From Candidatus Omnitrophota bacterium (lineage in GTDB: Bacteria; Omnitrophota; Gorgyraeia; JABMRG01), in assembly GCA_030593065.1 (NCBI GenBank), contig JAUVHV010000002.1:33003-97002 (forward strand): a stretch of 64,000 nucleotides of DNA, in the 5' to 3' direction. Made by a program: the position numbers and the translations under genes. Shown piece by piece: positions 18,872 through 29,221 of this stretch (position 1 is the first letter of the stretch; every line of letters starts with the position of its first letter). The notes beneath the pieces are model-generated. The model worked only from the letters and a program-made list of their open reading frames with translations, did no database searches and was not told the DNA's origin.

Positions 18872-20065
18872 TTAGGCTAAGATAGATTTGATTTTTTTGG
18901 TAAGAACAGGTATGATTTCATGAAGATCGCCTACTATCCCATAGTTTGCGACCTTAAAAATAGGTGCGTCGGGGTCTTTGTTAATAGCTATAATTATATC
19001 AGAAGAGGACATACCTGCCAAATGCTGTATCTGCCCCGATATACCGCATGATATGTATATTTTCGGGCAGACTGTCTTTCCTGTCTGGCCAACCTGATGT
19101 GAATATGCGATCCAATCAGCGTCAACAGCCGCGCGTGAAGCGCCTACCGCGCCACCTAATGCATCCGCCAGTTCGTGCAGAAGCGCAAAATTCTCAGGCT
19201 TGCTCAGGCCCCTTCCGCCTGATACTATTATATCTGCTTCAGAAAGATTTACTGTGCTGCCCTCTTCTTCTATTACATTCACCAGTTTTGTTCTTGATGA
19301 TAACATATTATCATTGTAAACTTTCTTAATAACCTCTCCGCTCTTTGAAGTATCAACTTCAGCCTCTTTCATAACCTTGTGCCTTACCGTTGCCATCTGG
19401 GGCCTATGGTTTGGGCAGATAATAGTAGCCATTATATTTCCACCAAAAGCAGGGCGTGTTTGCAGAAGAAGCCCTTTCTCCTGGTCTATATCAAGGCTTG
19501 TACAATCCGCTGTAAGGCCGGCATTTATCTTTACAGCAACCCTTGCTATTAATGAACGCCCGGTTGATGTTGCGCCGCATAAAACTATTTCCGGCTTATA
19601 CTCATTTATAAGCTCGATAATAACCTTAGAATAAGGCTCATTCTGATACTGTAAAAGCTCCGGTGAATCAACAAGATATACCTTCTCTGCGCCGCGATGT
19701 ATCATCTCATCTGTTTTTTCACATATATCTTTGCCTAAAAGTACTGCGCAGAGTTCAACGCCTAATTTATCCGCAAGCTCCCTGCCTTTTCCCAGAAGCT
19801 CATAAGTAACACTTTGTATGTCACCTCTGTATTGCTCTGCCACAACCCACACACCCTTGTAAGCTGATATATCCTGCGCAACTGCTTCTTCTTTCCTTAA
19901 AAGTATGGCATCAAACTTACATGAATCCACACAGGCACCGCATAAATTACATGTATCAAAATCTATAACAGCAAGCTTTCCCTCCATGCTTATTGCGCCA
20001 AAAGGACACGCACTTAAACATGCCTGGCAGCCAACACATTTTTCTGTAATTATCTCTATAGCCAT
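18872..20065 (-). CDS. etfA: Electron transfer flavoprotein alpha subunit with an N-terminal 2x[4Fe-4S] ferredoxin domain
   Basis: CVGCQACLSACP and CNLCGACVDSCK clusters are followed by the EtfA FAD-binding domain. Confidence 0.85.
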   Translation of the reverse strand: MAIEIITEKCVGCQACLSACPFGAISMEGKLAVIDFDTCNLCGACVDSCKFDAILLRKEEAVAQDISAYKGVWVVAEQYRGDIQSVTYELLGKGRELADKLGVELCAVLLGKDICEKTDEMIHRGAEKVYLVDSPELLQYQNEPYSKVIIELINEYKPEIVLCGATSTGRSLIARVAVKINAGLTADCTSLDIDQEKGLLLQTRPAFGGNIMATIICPNHRPQMATVRHKVMKEAEVDTSKSGEVIKKVYNDNMLSSRTKLVNVIEEEGSTVNLSEADIIVSGGRGLSKPENFALLHELADALGGAVGASRAAVDADWIAYSHQVGQTGKTVCPKIYISCGISGQIQHLAGMSSSDIIIAINKDPDAPIFKVANYGIVGDLHEIIPVLTKKIKSILA

Positions 20066-20067
20066 TA

Positions 20068-20859
20068 TTATATTTTACTTTTACACTCGTCCTTAAGGAC
20101 TTTCACTAACTTATCGACTATCTCTTCCGTAGAACCTGTAAGCATCTCGCCCCCTTCGCGTGGAGGAGGGGTAAATATCTTGACAACCTGTGTAGGTGAG
20201 CCATTCAGCCCCAATAATTTCTCATCAGCATCGAGATCTTTCGCAGTCAAAGCTTTTATCTGCGCGGATTTGGCTTTCATTTTACCTTTAAGCGACGGAA
20301 TGCGCGGCTCATTAATCTCTTTTACAACTGTAAACAACACGGGTAAGGGGGCCTCGATAATTTCATAGCCTTCTTCTGTCATGCGTTCTACCCTTGCCCG
20401 ATCTGCTGTCACCTCTTCTATCTTTTTAACATATGTAACCTGCGGAATATCAAGATGCATTGATATCCCAGGGCCTACCTGCGCTGTATCGCCATCTGCT
20501 GCCTGTTTACCACAAAATATAATATCAAATTTACCTATTTTTCTTATTGCACAGGCCAATGTATAACTTGTTGCCCATGTGTCACTTCCCGCAAATGCCC
20601 TGTCAGAGACAAGAACAGCTTCATCAACACCCATAGATATCGCCTCACGAAGAGCAATCTCTGCTTGTGGAGGGCCCATTGTAACGGCAATTACATTGCC
20701 ATTTAATTTCTCCTTAGTTCGTACCGCTTCTTCTATAGCATACATATCAAAAGGATTTATGATAGACTCAACCCCTTCACGAATCAAAGTATTTGTCTGC
20801 GGATCTATCTCTATATTAGCAGTATCCGGTACCTGTTTTATGCATACTATTATATTCAT
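20068..20859 (-). CDS. etfB: Electron transfer flavoprotein beta subunit
   Basis: N-terminus MNIIVCIKQVPD. Confidence 0.85.
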   Translation of the reverse strand: MNIIVCIKQVPDTANIEIDPQTNTLIREGVESIINPFDMYAIEEAVRTKEKLNGNVIAVTMGPPQAEIALREAISMGVDEAVLVSDRAFAGSDTWATSYTLACAIRKIGKFDIIFCGKQAADGDTAQVGPGISMHLDIPQVTYVKKIEEVTADRARVERMTEEGYEIIEAPLPVLFTVVKEINEPRIPSLKGKMKAKSAQIKALTAKDLDADEKLLGLNGSPTQVVKIFTPPPREGGEMLTGSTEEIVDKLVKVLKDECKSKI

Positions 20860-20868
20860 ATATTGCTG

Positions 20869-22023
20869 CTACTTCCTCAGCATCTCCTTAATCATCTCCA
20901 CTGCTATTATGCTACGCTGTATCTGATTCGTACCTTCATATATCTGAGTAATCTTTGCATCACGCATATATTTTTCGACCGGATAATCACGCATATAACC
21001 ATAACCACCAAATACCTGAACAGCGTCTGTCGTTACTTTCATTGCAACATCTGACGCAAAGAGCTTTGACATCGCGGATAGCTTGGATATATCCTTTGCT
21101 CCGGAATCGATCAGTCCTGCGGCTAAATAGACTAATGCGCGTGCTGCCTCTACTTGTGTTCCCATATCTGCCAGCATAAACTGCATTCCCTGAAAACTCG
21201 ATATAGGCTTTCCAAACTGAACACGTTCCTTTGCGTATTTTAACGCGTGGTCAAGCGCGCCCTGAGCAATGCCAACAGCCTGCGCGCCTATTCCCGGGCG
21301 CGATTTATCAAATGTCTTCATAGCGACTATAAAACCTAAGCCCTCCTTACCCAAAAGATTCTCTTTGGGAATTTTGCAGTTTGTAAATATAAGCTCTCTT
21401 GTCGCAGAAGACCTTATACCAAGTTTTTTCTCTTTTTTACCGAATTCAAAACCAGGTGTACCTTTTTCTACAATAAACGCGCTTGCTCCACGGCTCCCCT
21501 TTGTTTTGTCTGTCATGGCTATAACAGTATATGTTTCAGCTTCACCGCCATTTGTAATCCATTGTTTTACGCCATCTAAAATATAATAATCTCCGTCTTT
21601 TTTAGCTGTAGTGCTTACAGCGCCCGCATCACTCCCGGCTCCCGCCTCTGTAAGTCCAAAAGCAGCCAATTTTTTACCCTTGGCAATATCAGGAAGGTAT
21701 TTCTTCTTCTGGTCTTCTGATCCGTAAAGTATTATAGGATATGCTCCCAACGCGCTTGCAGCGTAGCTAACAGCAATACCGCCACATGCTTTTGAAAATT
21801 CCTCAGTAGCTATGCAGAGCTCTGTTACACCGCCGCCCATACCACCGTATGCCTCTTCAATATATATACCAGCTAAATCACTCTCTGCTATAACCTTGAG
21901 TATAGGCCAGGGAAACTCCTCCTTTTCATCATACTCAGCAGCAACAGGACGTATCTTCTCATCCGCTATCTGACGTGCCAGATCTCTGATCATCTTCTGC
22001 TCTTCAGTCAATAAATAAGACAT
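20869..22023 (-). CDS. Acyl-CoA (butyryl-CoA-type) dehydrogenase
   Basis: ACAD fold, including the C-terminal YEGTNQIQR motif. Confidence 0.85.
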   Translation of the reverse strand: MSYLLTEEQKMIRDLARQIADEKIRPVAAEYDEKEEFPWPILKVIAESDLAGIYIEEAYGGMGGGVTELCIATEEFSKACGGIAVSYAASALGAYPIILYGSEDQKKKYLPDIAKGKKLAAFGLTEAGAGSDAGAVSTTAKKDGDYYILDGVKQWITNGGEAETYTVIAMTDKTKGSRGASAFIVEKGTPGFEFGKKEKKLGIRSSATRELIFTNCKIPKENLLGKEGLGFIVAMKTFDKSRPGIGAQAVGIAQGALDHALKYAKERVQFGKPISSFQGMQFMLADMGTQVEAARALVYLAAGLIDSGAKDISKLSAMSKLFASDVAMKVTTDAVQVFGGYGYMRDYPVEKYMRDAKITQIYEGTNQIQRSIIAVEMIKEMLRK

Positions 22024-22138
22024 TTTTTCTCCTTTGGATTAAAATAAAAGAGATAGTAAATAGCGGAATATCACCACATTCGCTATGTGCTATCCCTGCC
22101 TGGCCCCTGCCTATCGGCTAATACGCAAGTGTTATATA

Positions 22139-23380
22139 TTAATCGCTGATCTTCCTTATTGCGATTGTAGCGTTATGCCCACCAAAACCAAGGCTATTAG
22201 ATATAGCTATATCAACTTCCATCTCTCTGGCCTTGTTAGGTACATAGTCCAGATCACAGTCTGGATCAGGGTATTCATAATTTATTGTAGGAGCTACAAC
22301 ACTATTTGATATTGTAAGAGCAGTAGCTGCAAGCTCTACCCCCCCAGCAGCACCAAGCATATGGCCTGTCATTGATTTGGTAGAACTTATTGCTATATTT
22401 TTAGCATGTTCGCCGAATAGCACCTTTATAGCCTTTGTCTCCATTGTATCATTAAGCACTGTTGATGTGCCGTGAGCATTTATATAGGTTACATCTTCGG
22501 AACATATATTCGCATCTTTTAACGCTTCCTGCATGCACCTTATAGCGCCTTCACCATCTGGATTAGGCGCTGTCATGTGGTATGCATCACAACTCATGCC
22601 ATAGCCAATAACCTCTGCATAGATTTTAGCGCCCCTTGCCTTAGCGCGATCATGCTCCTCTAAAAGAATAATCCCTGAACCTTCTGCCATTACAAAACCA
22701 TTTCTCTGAATATCAAACGGCCTGGATGCTTTTTGAGGGTCGTCATTCCTTGTTGATAACGCTCTGGCCGCACAGAAACCTCCGATACCCATGGGGCTTA
22801 TGGCAGCTTCGCTTCCTCCTGAAAACATAACATCAGCATATCCATGCTGTATTATTCTAAATGCTTCACCAATAGAGTGATTAGCCGAGGCACAAGCTGT
22901 TACAGAACAAGAGTTGGGCCCTTTAAGCCCAAGGTTTATCCCAACCATACCCGATGCCATATTCACAATAATCATAGGAATAAAAAATGGAGATATACGA
23001 GAAGGCCCATTCTTTAATAGGATCTGGTGCTCTCTCTCAATAGTATGGATACCACCTATACCAGAACCTATGATAGAGCCTGCTTTGTAAGGATCTACAG
23101 TAGAAAGATCGAGTTTAGCATCCTCTAAAGCCATTTTAGCCGCAACAACAGCAAATTGAGTAAACCTGTCACTTCTCTTTATATCCTTTTTAGACATATA
23201 AGAAGTAAGATCGAGATCCCGTACTACTCCCGCGATGCGGGAAGTATAGGCAGAAGCGTCAAAACTGGTTATCTCAGTTACTCCGGATTTCCCGGATTTT
23301 AGAGCTTCCCAATAATCGTCTTTGCCATTGCCTATTGAGGATACTATACCAAGGCCTGTAATAACTACGCGTCTTTTCAT
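22139..23380 (-). CDS. fabF: 3-oxoacyl-ACP synthase II
   Basis: N-terminus RRVVITGLGIVS, active-site Cys region, and HGTST motif. Confidence 0.9.
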   Translation of the reverse strand: MKRRVVITGLGIVSSIGNGKDDYWEALKSGKSGVTEITSFDASAYTSRIAGVVRDLDLTSYMSKKDIKRSDRFTQFAVVAAKMALEDAKLDLSTVDPYKAGSIIGSGIGGIHTIEREHQILLKNGPSRISPFFIPMIIVNMASGMVGINLGLKGPNSCSVTACASANHSIGEAFRIIQHGYADVMFSGGSEAAISPMGIGGFCAARALSTRNDDPQKASRPFDIQRNGFVMAEGSGIILLEEHDRAKARGAKIYAEVIGYGMSCDAYHMTAPNPDGEGAIRCMQEALKDANICSEDVTYINAHGTSTVLNDTMETKAIKVLFGEHAKNIAISSTKSMTGHMLGAAGGVELAATALTISNSVVAPTINYEYPDPDCDLDYVPNKAREMEVDIAISNSLGFGGHNATIAIRKISD

Positions 23381-23404
23381 TTATGTATTAGCGGGGATTG
23401 TAAA

Positions 23405-23647
23405 TTAGCTTTTTGTAGAAACTTTATCTTCTATGTATTTGATAGCTTCTGAAACCTTGCTCATCTTCTCCGCATCTTCATCAGGTATCTCAATACTGAA
23501 TTCCTCTTCAAGAGCCATAACAAGCTCTACTGTATCTAAAGAATCAGCGCCAAGATCATCGATAAAAGATGCCTCTTGAGTTACTTCCTCTGGCTTAACA
23601 CCCAATTGCTCTGCGATAATAGATTTTACCTTTTCATCTGTTGCCAT
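23405..23647 (-). CDS. acpP: Acyl carrier protein
   Basis: LGADSLD phosphopantetheine-attachment motif. Confidence 0.9.
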   Translation of the reverse strand: MATDEKVKSIIAEQLGVKPEEVTQEASFIDDLGADSLDTVELVMALEEEFSIEIPDEDAEKMSKVSEAIKYIEDKVSTKS

Positions 23648-23722
23648 ATTTCTTCCTCCTTTTTTAATATGCTAACCCCACGCTCAACTATTTTAACATA
23701 TACACATAGTACATGCTTTCAC

Positions 23723-24463
23723 TTACATTACCATGCCGCCATCAACCTTTATTACTTCACCTGTTATGTATGATGAGGCATCACTCACCAAAAATAAAAC
23801 AAGATCCGCGACATTCTTCGGCTTGCCCAAAGATCCAAGAGGTATAAGCTTTAGCATAGCAACTCTCTGCTCATCTGTAAGCTTATCTGTCATAAGAGTC
23901 TGTATAAAACCTGGGGCAACTGCGTTAACATTGATACCCCGCAAAGCCAACTCTTTCGCGCTACTCTTGGTAAGCCCTATAAGGCCTGCTTTGCTTGCAG
24001 CGTAATTAGCCTGGCCCGCATTTCCCATAATTCCGATAATTGAAGCGATATTGACTATCTTACCATACCGCTGCTTAATCATCGTTCTACAAACCGCTTT
24101 TGTGAAATTGAAAGCGCCTTTTAGGTTTACGGTAAGAACTGCATCCCAGTCTTCTTCTTTCATCCGCATCAATAATGCATCCCTGGTGATGCCAGCATTG
24201 TTGATGAGTATATCAATTCTACTGAATTTGTCAAGTGATTTATTGACCATATCTTCACAAGAACCGGATTTTCCCACATCAACAACCGCGATGAGGCATT
24301 TCCTGCCCAGGGCCTCTATCTCAGATTTAACCTGTTCAAGCGCGGCTTTATCTATATCGCATATTGCTATATTGGCACCTTCATTAGCAAGTGCGAGAGC
24401 AATCTCTTTCCCTATGCCTCTTGCCGCTCCTGTAACTATAGCTGTCTTATCTTTTAGTTTCAT
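23723..24463 (-). CDS. fabG: 3-oxoacyl-ACP reductase
   Basis: TGAARGIG Rossmann motif and SDR fold. Confidence 0.9.
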   Translation of the reverse strand: MKLKDKTAIVTGAARGIGKEIALALANEGANIAICDIDKAALEQVKSEIEALGRKCLIAVVDVGKSGSCEDMVNKSLDKFSRIDILINNAGITRDALLMRMKEEDWDAVLTVNLKGAFNFTKAVCRTMIKQRYGKIVNIASIIGIMGNAGQANYAASKAGLIGLTKSSAKELALRGINVNAVAPGFIQTLMTDKLTDEQRVAMLKLIPLGSLGKPKNVADLVLFLVSDASSYITGEVIKVDGGMVM

Positions 24464-24527
24464 AGTATATATATGATTAACATAATAATTAGTATCTAGT
24501 CAAGTAAAATTTTCCTATATTAGAAAA

Positions 24528-24941
24528 TTAATCCTGATAAATCTGTTCCCAGTCACTGAGTTTCTCATCAGCATTAAAGAAGAAATATATCTTTTCACCC
24601 TTAAAAAAGGTAGAGGTTGGCGGTTTATAAGCCCATCTTGAACCATTACCAGCCTTTGCTGCAGGATCACCGCACTGCTTCATAATATCATCTTTTGAGA
24701 GGCCTTCTGTTATTTCAGAGCCCTGAATAAACTCTTTTGCCTTCTGGTAATTATCACCTTCTACCCGGCGCTCCTTGGCCATCCTGTCCATACTGGCTTT
24801 TAAGCCCGTAAGCCTTCTTATCACACCAACCGCAAAGAGTGGCTTAATATGCATACCAGAAAAAACTGATAAAATTATTATAAAAACCGCTGCCTGTCTC
24901 ATATGTAAGATTATTTTATCATTATTAGCATTAATTTTCAA
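24528..24941 (-). CDS. Small secreted or lipoprotein-like hypothetical protein (BamE/SmpA-like fold possible)
   Basis: N-terminal hydrophobic segment. The C-terminus has W.Y ... FF motifs. This is a weak call. Confidence 0.4.
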   Translation of the reverse strand: MKINANNDKIILHMRQAAVFIIILSVFSGMHIKPLFAVGVIRRLTGLKASMDRMAKERRVEGDNYQKAKEFIQGSEITEGLSKDDIMKQCGDPAAKAGNGSRWAYKPPTSTFFKGEKIYFFFNADEKLSDWEQIYQD

Positions 24942-24947
24942 CCAATT

Positions 24948-26558
24948 TCATTGCAAATGCTCTGATAGATATCCACCAGTAAGCCCATCTATGTTTGCTG
25001 TAAGTTCGTCGAGTCGTAACTGTTTAAACACTCTTTTATTATTATCTGGCGGATCCTGCAGAAGCTCCATCTGAAGCCTCCTTCTCTCAAAATACAGTTT
25101 TGTTACTTCATCAAGCAGATCATTTCTAAGCTGCACCATAAGCCTGGAACGTACGTCTATGTTGGTCTGGTCATCATTCCAGATAAGTTCTCCCAGGTCC
25201 CATGAAAAATCGATATCCCACCCAAAGTTTCTATCACTTGGCCCCTCAATATAAAAATCAGAAGTTGTGGTGCTTCCGCGATCAAGGCTTACTGTATTAC
25301 CTATACTACCATCAAGGCCAAAACTGACCTTTGGCAGCAATGCCTTATTCTGAGCTGACCTGCGCATCCACTTTATCTTATCAGGATATACTTCTGCGTA
25401 ATCGATGGCAACCTGCTGTATCTCTAATATATCAGGCTCTTTATCATGCATACTATTATATTCTTCTTTAGTATCTATGCTCATGCAGGTGGATACCTTA
25501 TCCAGCTCAGCACTGAACAGCCCCCGATCTGTCGCGGCATAAATAAGCCCCTGCGGAGAAGAAGCATCCATCATATTTATTCTCAAAGTAGTCAATCCGC
25601 TTGAACAGCTTCTCCATGCGCCTACTTTCTTATTATACTCAAATATACCTTTCTTAGTCGCAGCAAATATTCTCGCGCCGGTTGCCAGAATAAATTTTAC
25701 CTGCCTGGTCAACAGCCCTTCGTAAGTAACCATTTGCCAATCCCGTGATTCTAATAGAGAGGTATAAAGGCCGAAATCGGTAGCCAGATATACTCTCTTA
25801 TCATCAATTACCAGATAATTAAGCTCGCTGTACCCCTCTTCATTACCATTGTCACCCTTTTCATCATACGTCTTTATAACATATATCCTGTCCCATGAGA
25901 CATAATTTCTCTTTGTATAATAGACACCGTCAATTGCGCATACATAGAGACAATTATCACCTATGGCAACAGAATTTATTTGCCTGTTGATAAAAGTCTC
26001 TTCCACGCTCCAACTCTTTGCCTTATCACAACTCTTGAAAAGTCCTCTCTTTGTACCTATTAAAATCGTATCGCTATCATGGCTGATGCCAATACAGTTT
26101 ACATGCCTCTGCAGATCATCCATACCCTTAAAAGACCTATGCCAGGCGTTTCCGTCATCCTGACTTATATATAATCCATCAGATGTGGCGGCAAATATTT
26201 TAGAAAAATCTTTCGGATCATAAGAGATAAAGTTTACACTTTTTCTTTCACCCTTTAACATAAATACCCTTACCCAGTTATTACCTGAATCGATACTCCT
26301 GTAGATACCCCTTTCCCCTCCCGCATAGACTATATTTGGCCTCTCCTTAATTACACATACTGCTGTAACTATAGTCTCATTTATACCATTATCAGAATTG
26401 CGCCATAAAAGCTCTTCATCCGCGAAACCTACTGCAACAGGCAGAGTAAAAATCATTAAAATAAAAAGAGTCATAACCCATTTTTTAAATCTTATAAATT
26501 TTGGATCGATACTACCACCCTGTCTCCTTTTGATAAACTTCCTTTTTCGTCTTCTCAT
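24948..26558 (-). CDS. Secreted BNR/Asp-box repeat beta-propeller protein (Ycf48-like)
   Basis: N-terminal transmembrane or signal segment. Repeated S-x-D-x-G-x-x-W boxes: SIDSGNNW, SQDDGNAW, SCDKAKSW. Confidence 0.6.
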   Translation of the reverse strand: MRRRKRKFIKRRQGGSIDPKFIRFKKWVMTLFILMIFTLPVAVGFADEELLWRNSDNGINETIVTAVCVIKERPNIVYAGGERGIYRSIDSGNNWVRVFMLKGERKSVNFISYDPKDFSKIFAATSDGLYISQDDGNAWHRSFKGMDDLQRHVNCIGISHDSDTILIGTKRGLFKSCDKAKSWSVEETFINRQINSVAIGDNCLYVCAIDGVYYTKRNYVSWDRIYVIKTYDEKGDNGNEEGYSELNYLVIDDKRVYLATDFGLYTSLLESRDWQMVTYEGLLTRQVKFILATGARIFAATKKGIFEYNKKVGAWRSCSSGLTTLRINMMDASSPQGLIYAATDRGLFSAELDKVSTCMSIDTKEEYNSMHDKEPDILEIQQVAIDYAEVYPDKIKWMRRSAQNKALLPKVSFGLDGSIGNTVSLDRGSTTTSDFYIEGPSDRNFGWDIDFSWDLGELIWNDDQTNIDVRSRLMVQLRNDLLDEVTKLYFERRRLQMELLQDPPDNNKRVFKQLRLDELTANIDGLTGGYLSEHLQ

Positions 26559-26674
26559 CTCCTGCCTCCCCTTGTTTTTTCTACACTATCAATAATTTGA
26601 TGATTTGTCAACATAAATTTCATTAAATATCAAATTGGTATACTAATTTTTGCATTTTTATCAAATTTTATCTT

Positions 26675-26703
26675 GACAAAACAGGCCATTACTGGTACAT
26701 TGA
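26675..26703 (+). promoter_or_regulatory. Putative sigma70 promoter of the XRE regulator; the transcript may be leaderless
   Basis: TTGACA, a 17-nt spacer, then TACATT, which ends about 7 nt before ATG 26711. Confidence 0.35.
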
Positions 26704-26710
26704 CTATGTT

Positions 26711-27262
26711 ATGAATATAGGCAAAAAGATACATGAACTCAGAAAAGAAAAGAATATGACGCTCAGAGAACTCTCTGAGGCAAGTGGTGTCGCGCTAGCT
26801 ACATTAAGCAGGATAGAGACAAATAAAATGGTTGGAACAATAGAATCACATAAAGCCATAGCTTCTGCTCTCGGGAAAAACCTGCCTCAGCTCTATAGCA
26901 ATATTGAGATTGAAAACAGGCCTATTGAATTTCAGCCGATTAAAAATCGCACAGATCTCTTTATGCATAATGAAAAAGCTTCTTACTATATGCTGACAAA
27001 CAATGTATTAACAAAAAAGATGATGCCTGTTATCCTAAAGATAGCTCCGGGCGGGGAAAGCTCTGCAGAACAACTTCCTAAAGATACAGAAAAATTCGTG
27101 TATATATTAAAGGGGGAGTTTCACATAAGAGTTGGAGATAAAGATCATATCGTAAAAAAAGGTGAAACATTATATTTTGACGCTTCCACGCTTCACTATT
27201 TTAAAAACTTAGGGCGCGAAGAGATACAGGCAATATGCGTAATCACCCCACCTGCCCTTTAG
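26711..27262 (+). CDS. XRE-family HTH transcriptional regulator with a C-terminal cupin domain
   Basis: The HTH region reads LRELSEASGVALATLSRIE. The cupin region contains GETLYFDASTLHYFKN. Confidence 0.8.
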   Translation: MNIGKKIHELRKEKNMTLRELSEASGVALATLSRIETNKMVGTIESHKAIASALGKNLPQLYSNIEIENRPIEFQPIKNRTDLFMHNEKASYYMLTNNVLTKKMMPVILKIAPGGESSAEQLPKDTEKFVYILKGEFHIRVGDKDHIVKKGETLYFDASTLHYFKNLGREEIQAICVITPPAL

Positions 27263-27272
27263 GAGATCTATT

Positions 27273-27632
27273 ATGGATAAAAAAAAGATTCTTATATGCG
27301 ATGATGAAGAAAATATACGCAAGTCACTCAAACTAATCCTCTCTGATAAATACGATACAGCCGTTGCTGAAAATGGCGAAGAAGCCATAAGAAAGATCCA
27401 TGCAGATCCAGACATAAAAGTAGTGCTTCTTGATATAAAGATGCCTGGTAAAAATGGCCTTGATGTATTAAAAGAGATAAAATCCTATAAAAAGATATCA
27501 ATTGTTATAGTAACAGGTTATCAGAGTGTTGAAACAGCGGCGGAATTTGTAAAGGCTGGCGCAGCTCATTATATCACAAAACCTTTTGAATCAGAAGATG
27601 TGCTTGAGACGATAGAAAAAGCTATCTCGTAA
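27273..27632 (+). CDS. Stand-alone response-regulator receiver domain (CheY-like)
   Basis: The LICDDEE ... LLDIKMPG ... K pattern. There is no output domain. Confidence 0.85.
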   Translation: MDKKKILICDDEENIRKSLKLILSDKYDTAVAENGEEAIRKIHADPDIKVVLLDIKMPGKNGLDVLKEIKSYKKISIVIVTGYQSVETAAEFVKAGAAHYITKPFESEDVLETIEKAIS

Positions 27633-27634
27633 AA

Positions 27635-29209
27635 ATGTTTCCCTATTATATAACCTCTTTATTGACCACCGTTGCCTCTCTTGGCTTAGGACTCTTTGTA
27701 TTCTATAAAAATCCAAAAAACCGCCTCCATCAATCACTCCTTAGGCTAAATCTGGTTGTTGCCGTCTGGAGCCTGTTTCTTTTTCTGCATTATATTTCTA
27801 GAACACTGTCTATCGCAGCATTTACACTGTATATACTGCATACCGCGGTCATATTTATACCAGCCTGCTATCTTCATCTTGTATCAGACCTGTTAAATAT
27901 CAATAAGCAAAAAATCATTAGAGCCTCCTACGTAATCAGCATAATATTCGCGGTTTTAATCTACAATAACAATTTTATAGCAGGTATTGAACCAAAATTA
28001 TATTTTCGATTCTATGCTACTGCCGGCAGGCTCTATCTGTTATGGATTATTGCCTATCTAATTATATCCGGATACGCTACATACCTTTTATTGAAAAACT
28101 ACTCTGGATCATCACATATAAAGAAGATCCGGATAAGATATGTGCTCTTTGCCTCTTTTATAGGTTTTGCCGGTGGCAGTACCATATATCCTCTCTTCTA
28201 TAATATACAGATTCCTCCATGGGGCGAACACATAATATTCATATACCCTGTAATCTTCTCTATTGCCGTCCTTAAGCACGATGTCCTTGAACTAAACATA
28301 GCAATAAAACGCACAATAGTCTATTCTGTATCAATTCTTATTATAACTATCACATATCTTGTAATAGTGCTGCTTTCAGAAAGATTATTACGAAATATGA
28401 TGGGATACCAGTCGATATGGGTAACAGTCGCTGCTGCTGTAATAATAGCGCTAATCTTTACCCCATTAAAAAATATGGTAGAATCATTAATAGAAAAATT
28501 CTACATAACAAATGCTTATCAACGCCTTCAAAGAGAACTTATAGATTCTGATAGAAGCAAGGCTCTGGCGCAGTTGGCAGCCGGCATGGCTCACGAGATA
28601 AGAAATCCTTTAACTGCTATAAAAACATTCAGCGAATATTTACCTAAAAAATTTGATGATAGGGATTTCAGAAACGAGTTCTCCCAAATAGTCAAGACAG
28701 AGGTTGATAAGATAAACTCTCTTATTACCCAGCTTCTTGAATTCTCAAAACCAACAAGCCCTGTCCTTGTCTCTGTAGATCCGCATCAGCTTCTGGATTA
28801 TACATTAGATATTTTGTCTGCGGAGATATTAAAAAATAATGTAAAGATAGTCAAAAATTATACAGCAGATGCCAGCCTCATAGAGGCTGATTCGAACAAG
28901 TTAAAGCATGTTCTGTTTAATATTATCAGGAACGCTACAGAAGCTATGCGATACAGTGGCACCTTGTCCATAAATACTTTGAATCAAAAAGATAACTTTA
29001 TAATAGAGGTTGCCGATACCGGGTGCGGCATTAAAAGAAATGACCTTAAGAAGATATTTCAACCCTTCTTTTCAACCAAACCAAAAGGTACTGGCCTTGG
29101 CCTTGCAGTAACAGAAAGCATAATAGCTGAACATAATGGAAATATTTCAGCAAAGAGCGCTATTGGTAAAGGCACAACATTCACAATATCCCTCCCAAAA
29201 AGCAGCTAA
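27635..29209 (+). CDS. Sensor histidine kinase with a polytopic (about 7-TM) N-terminal membrane domain
   Basis: The H-box is HEIRNPLTAIK. The N, G1 and G2 boxes are NATEAM, DTGCGI and GTGLGL. Confidence 0.85.
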   Translation: MFPYYITSLLTTVASLGLGLFVFYKNPKNRLHQSLLRLNLVVAVWSLFLFLHYISRTLSIAAFTLYILHTAVIFIPACYLHLVSDLLNINKQKIIRASYVISIIFAVLIYNNNFIAGIEPKLYFRFYATAGRLYLLWIIAYLIISGYATYLLLKNYSGSSHIKKIRIRYVLFASFIGFAGGSTIYPLFYNIQIPPWGEHIIFIYPVIFSIAVLKHDVLELNIAIKRTIVYSVSILIITITYLVIVLLSERLLRNMMGYQSIWVTVAAAVIIALIFTPLKNMVESLIEKFYITNAYQRLQRELIDSDRSKALAQLAAGMAHEIRNPLTAIKTFSEYLPKKFDDRDFRNEFSQIVKTEVDKINSLITQLLEFSKPTSPVLVSVDPHQLLDYTLDILSAEILKNNVKIVKNYTADASLIEADSNKLKHVLFNIIRNATEAMRYSGTLSINTLNQKDNFIIEVADTGCGIKRNDLKKIFQPFFSTKPKGTGLGLAVTESIIAEHNGNISAKSAIGKGTTFTISLPKSS

Positions 29210-29221
29210 TCATCCTCAATA

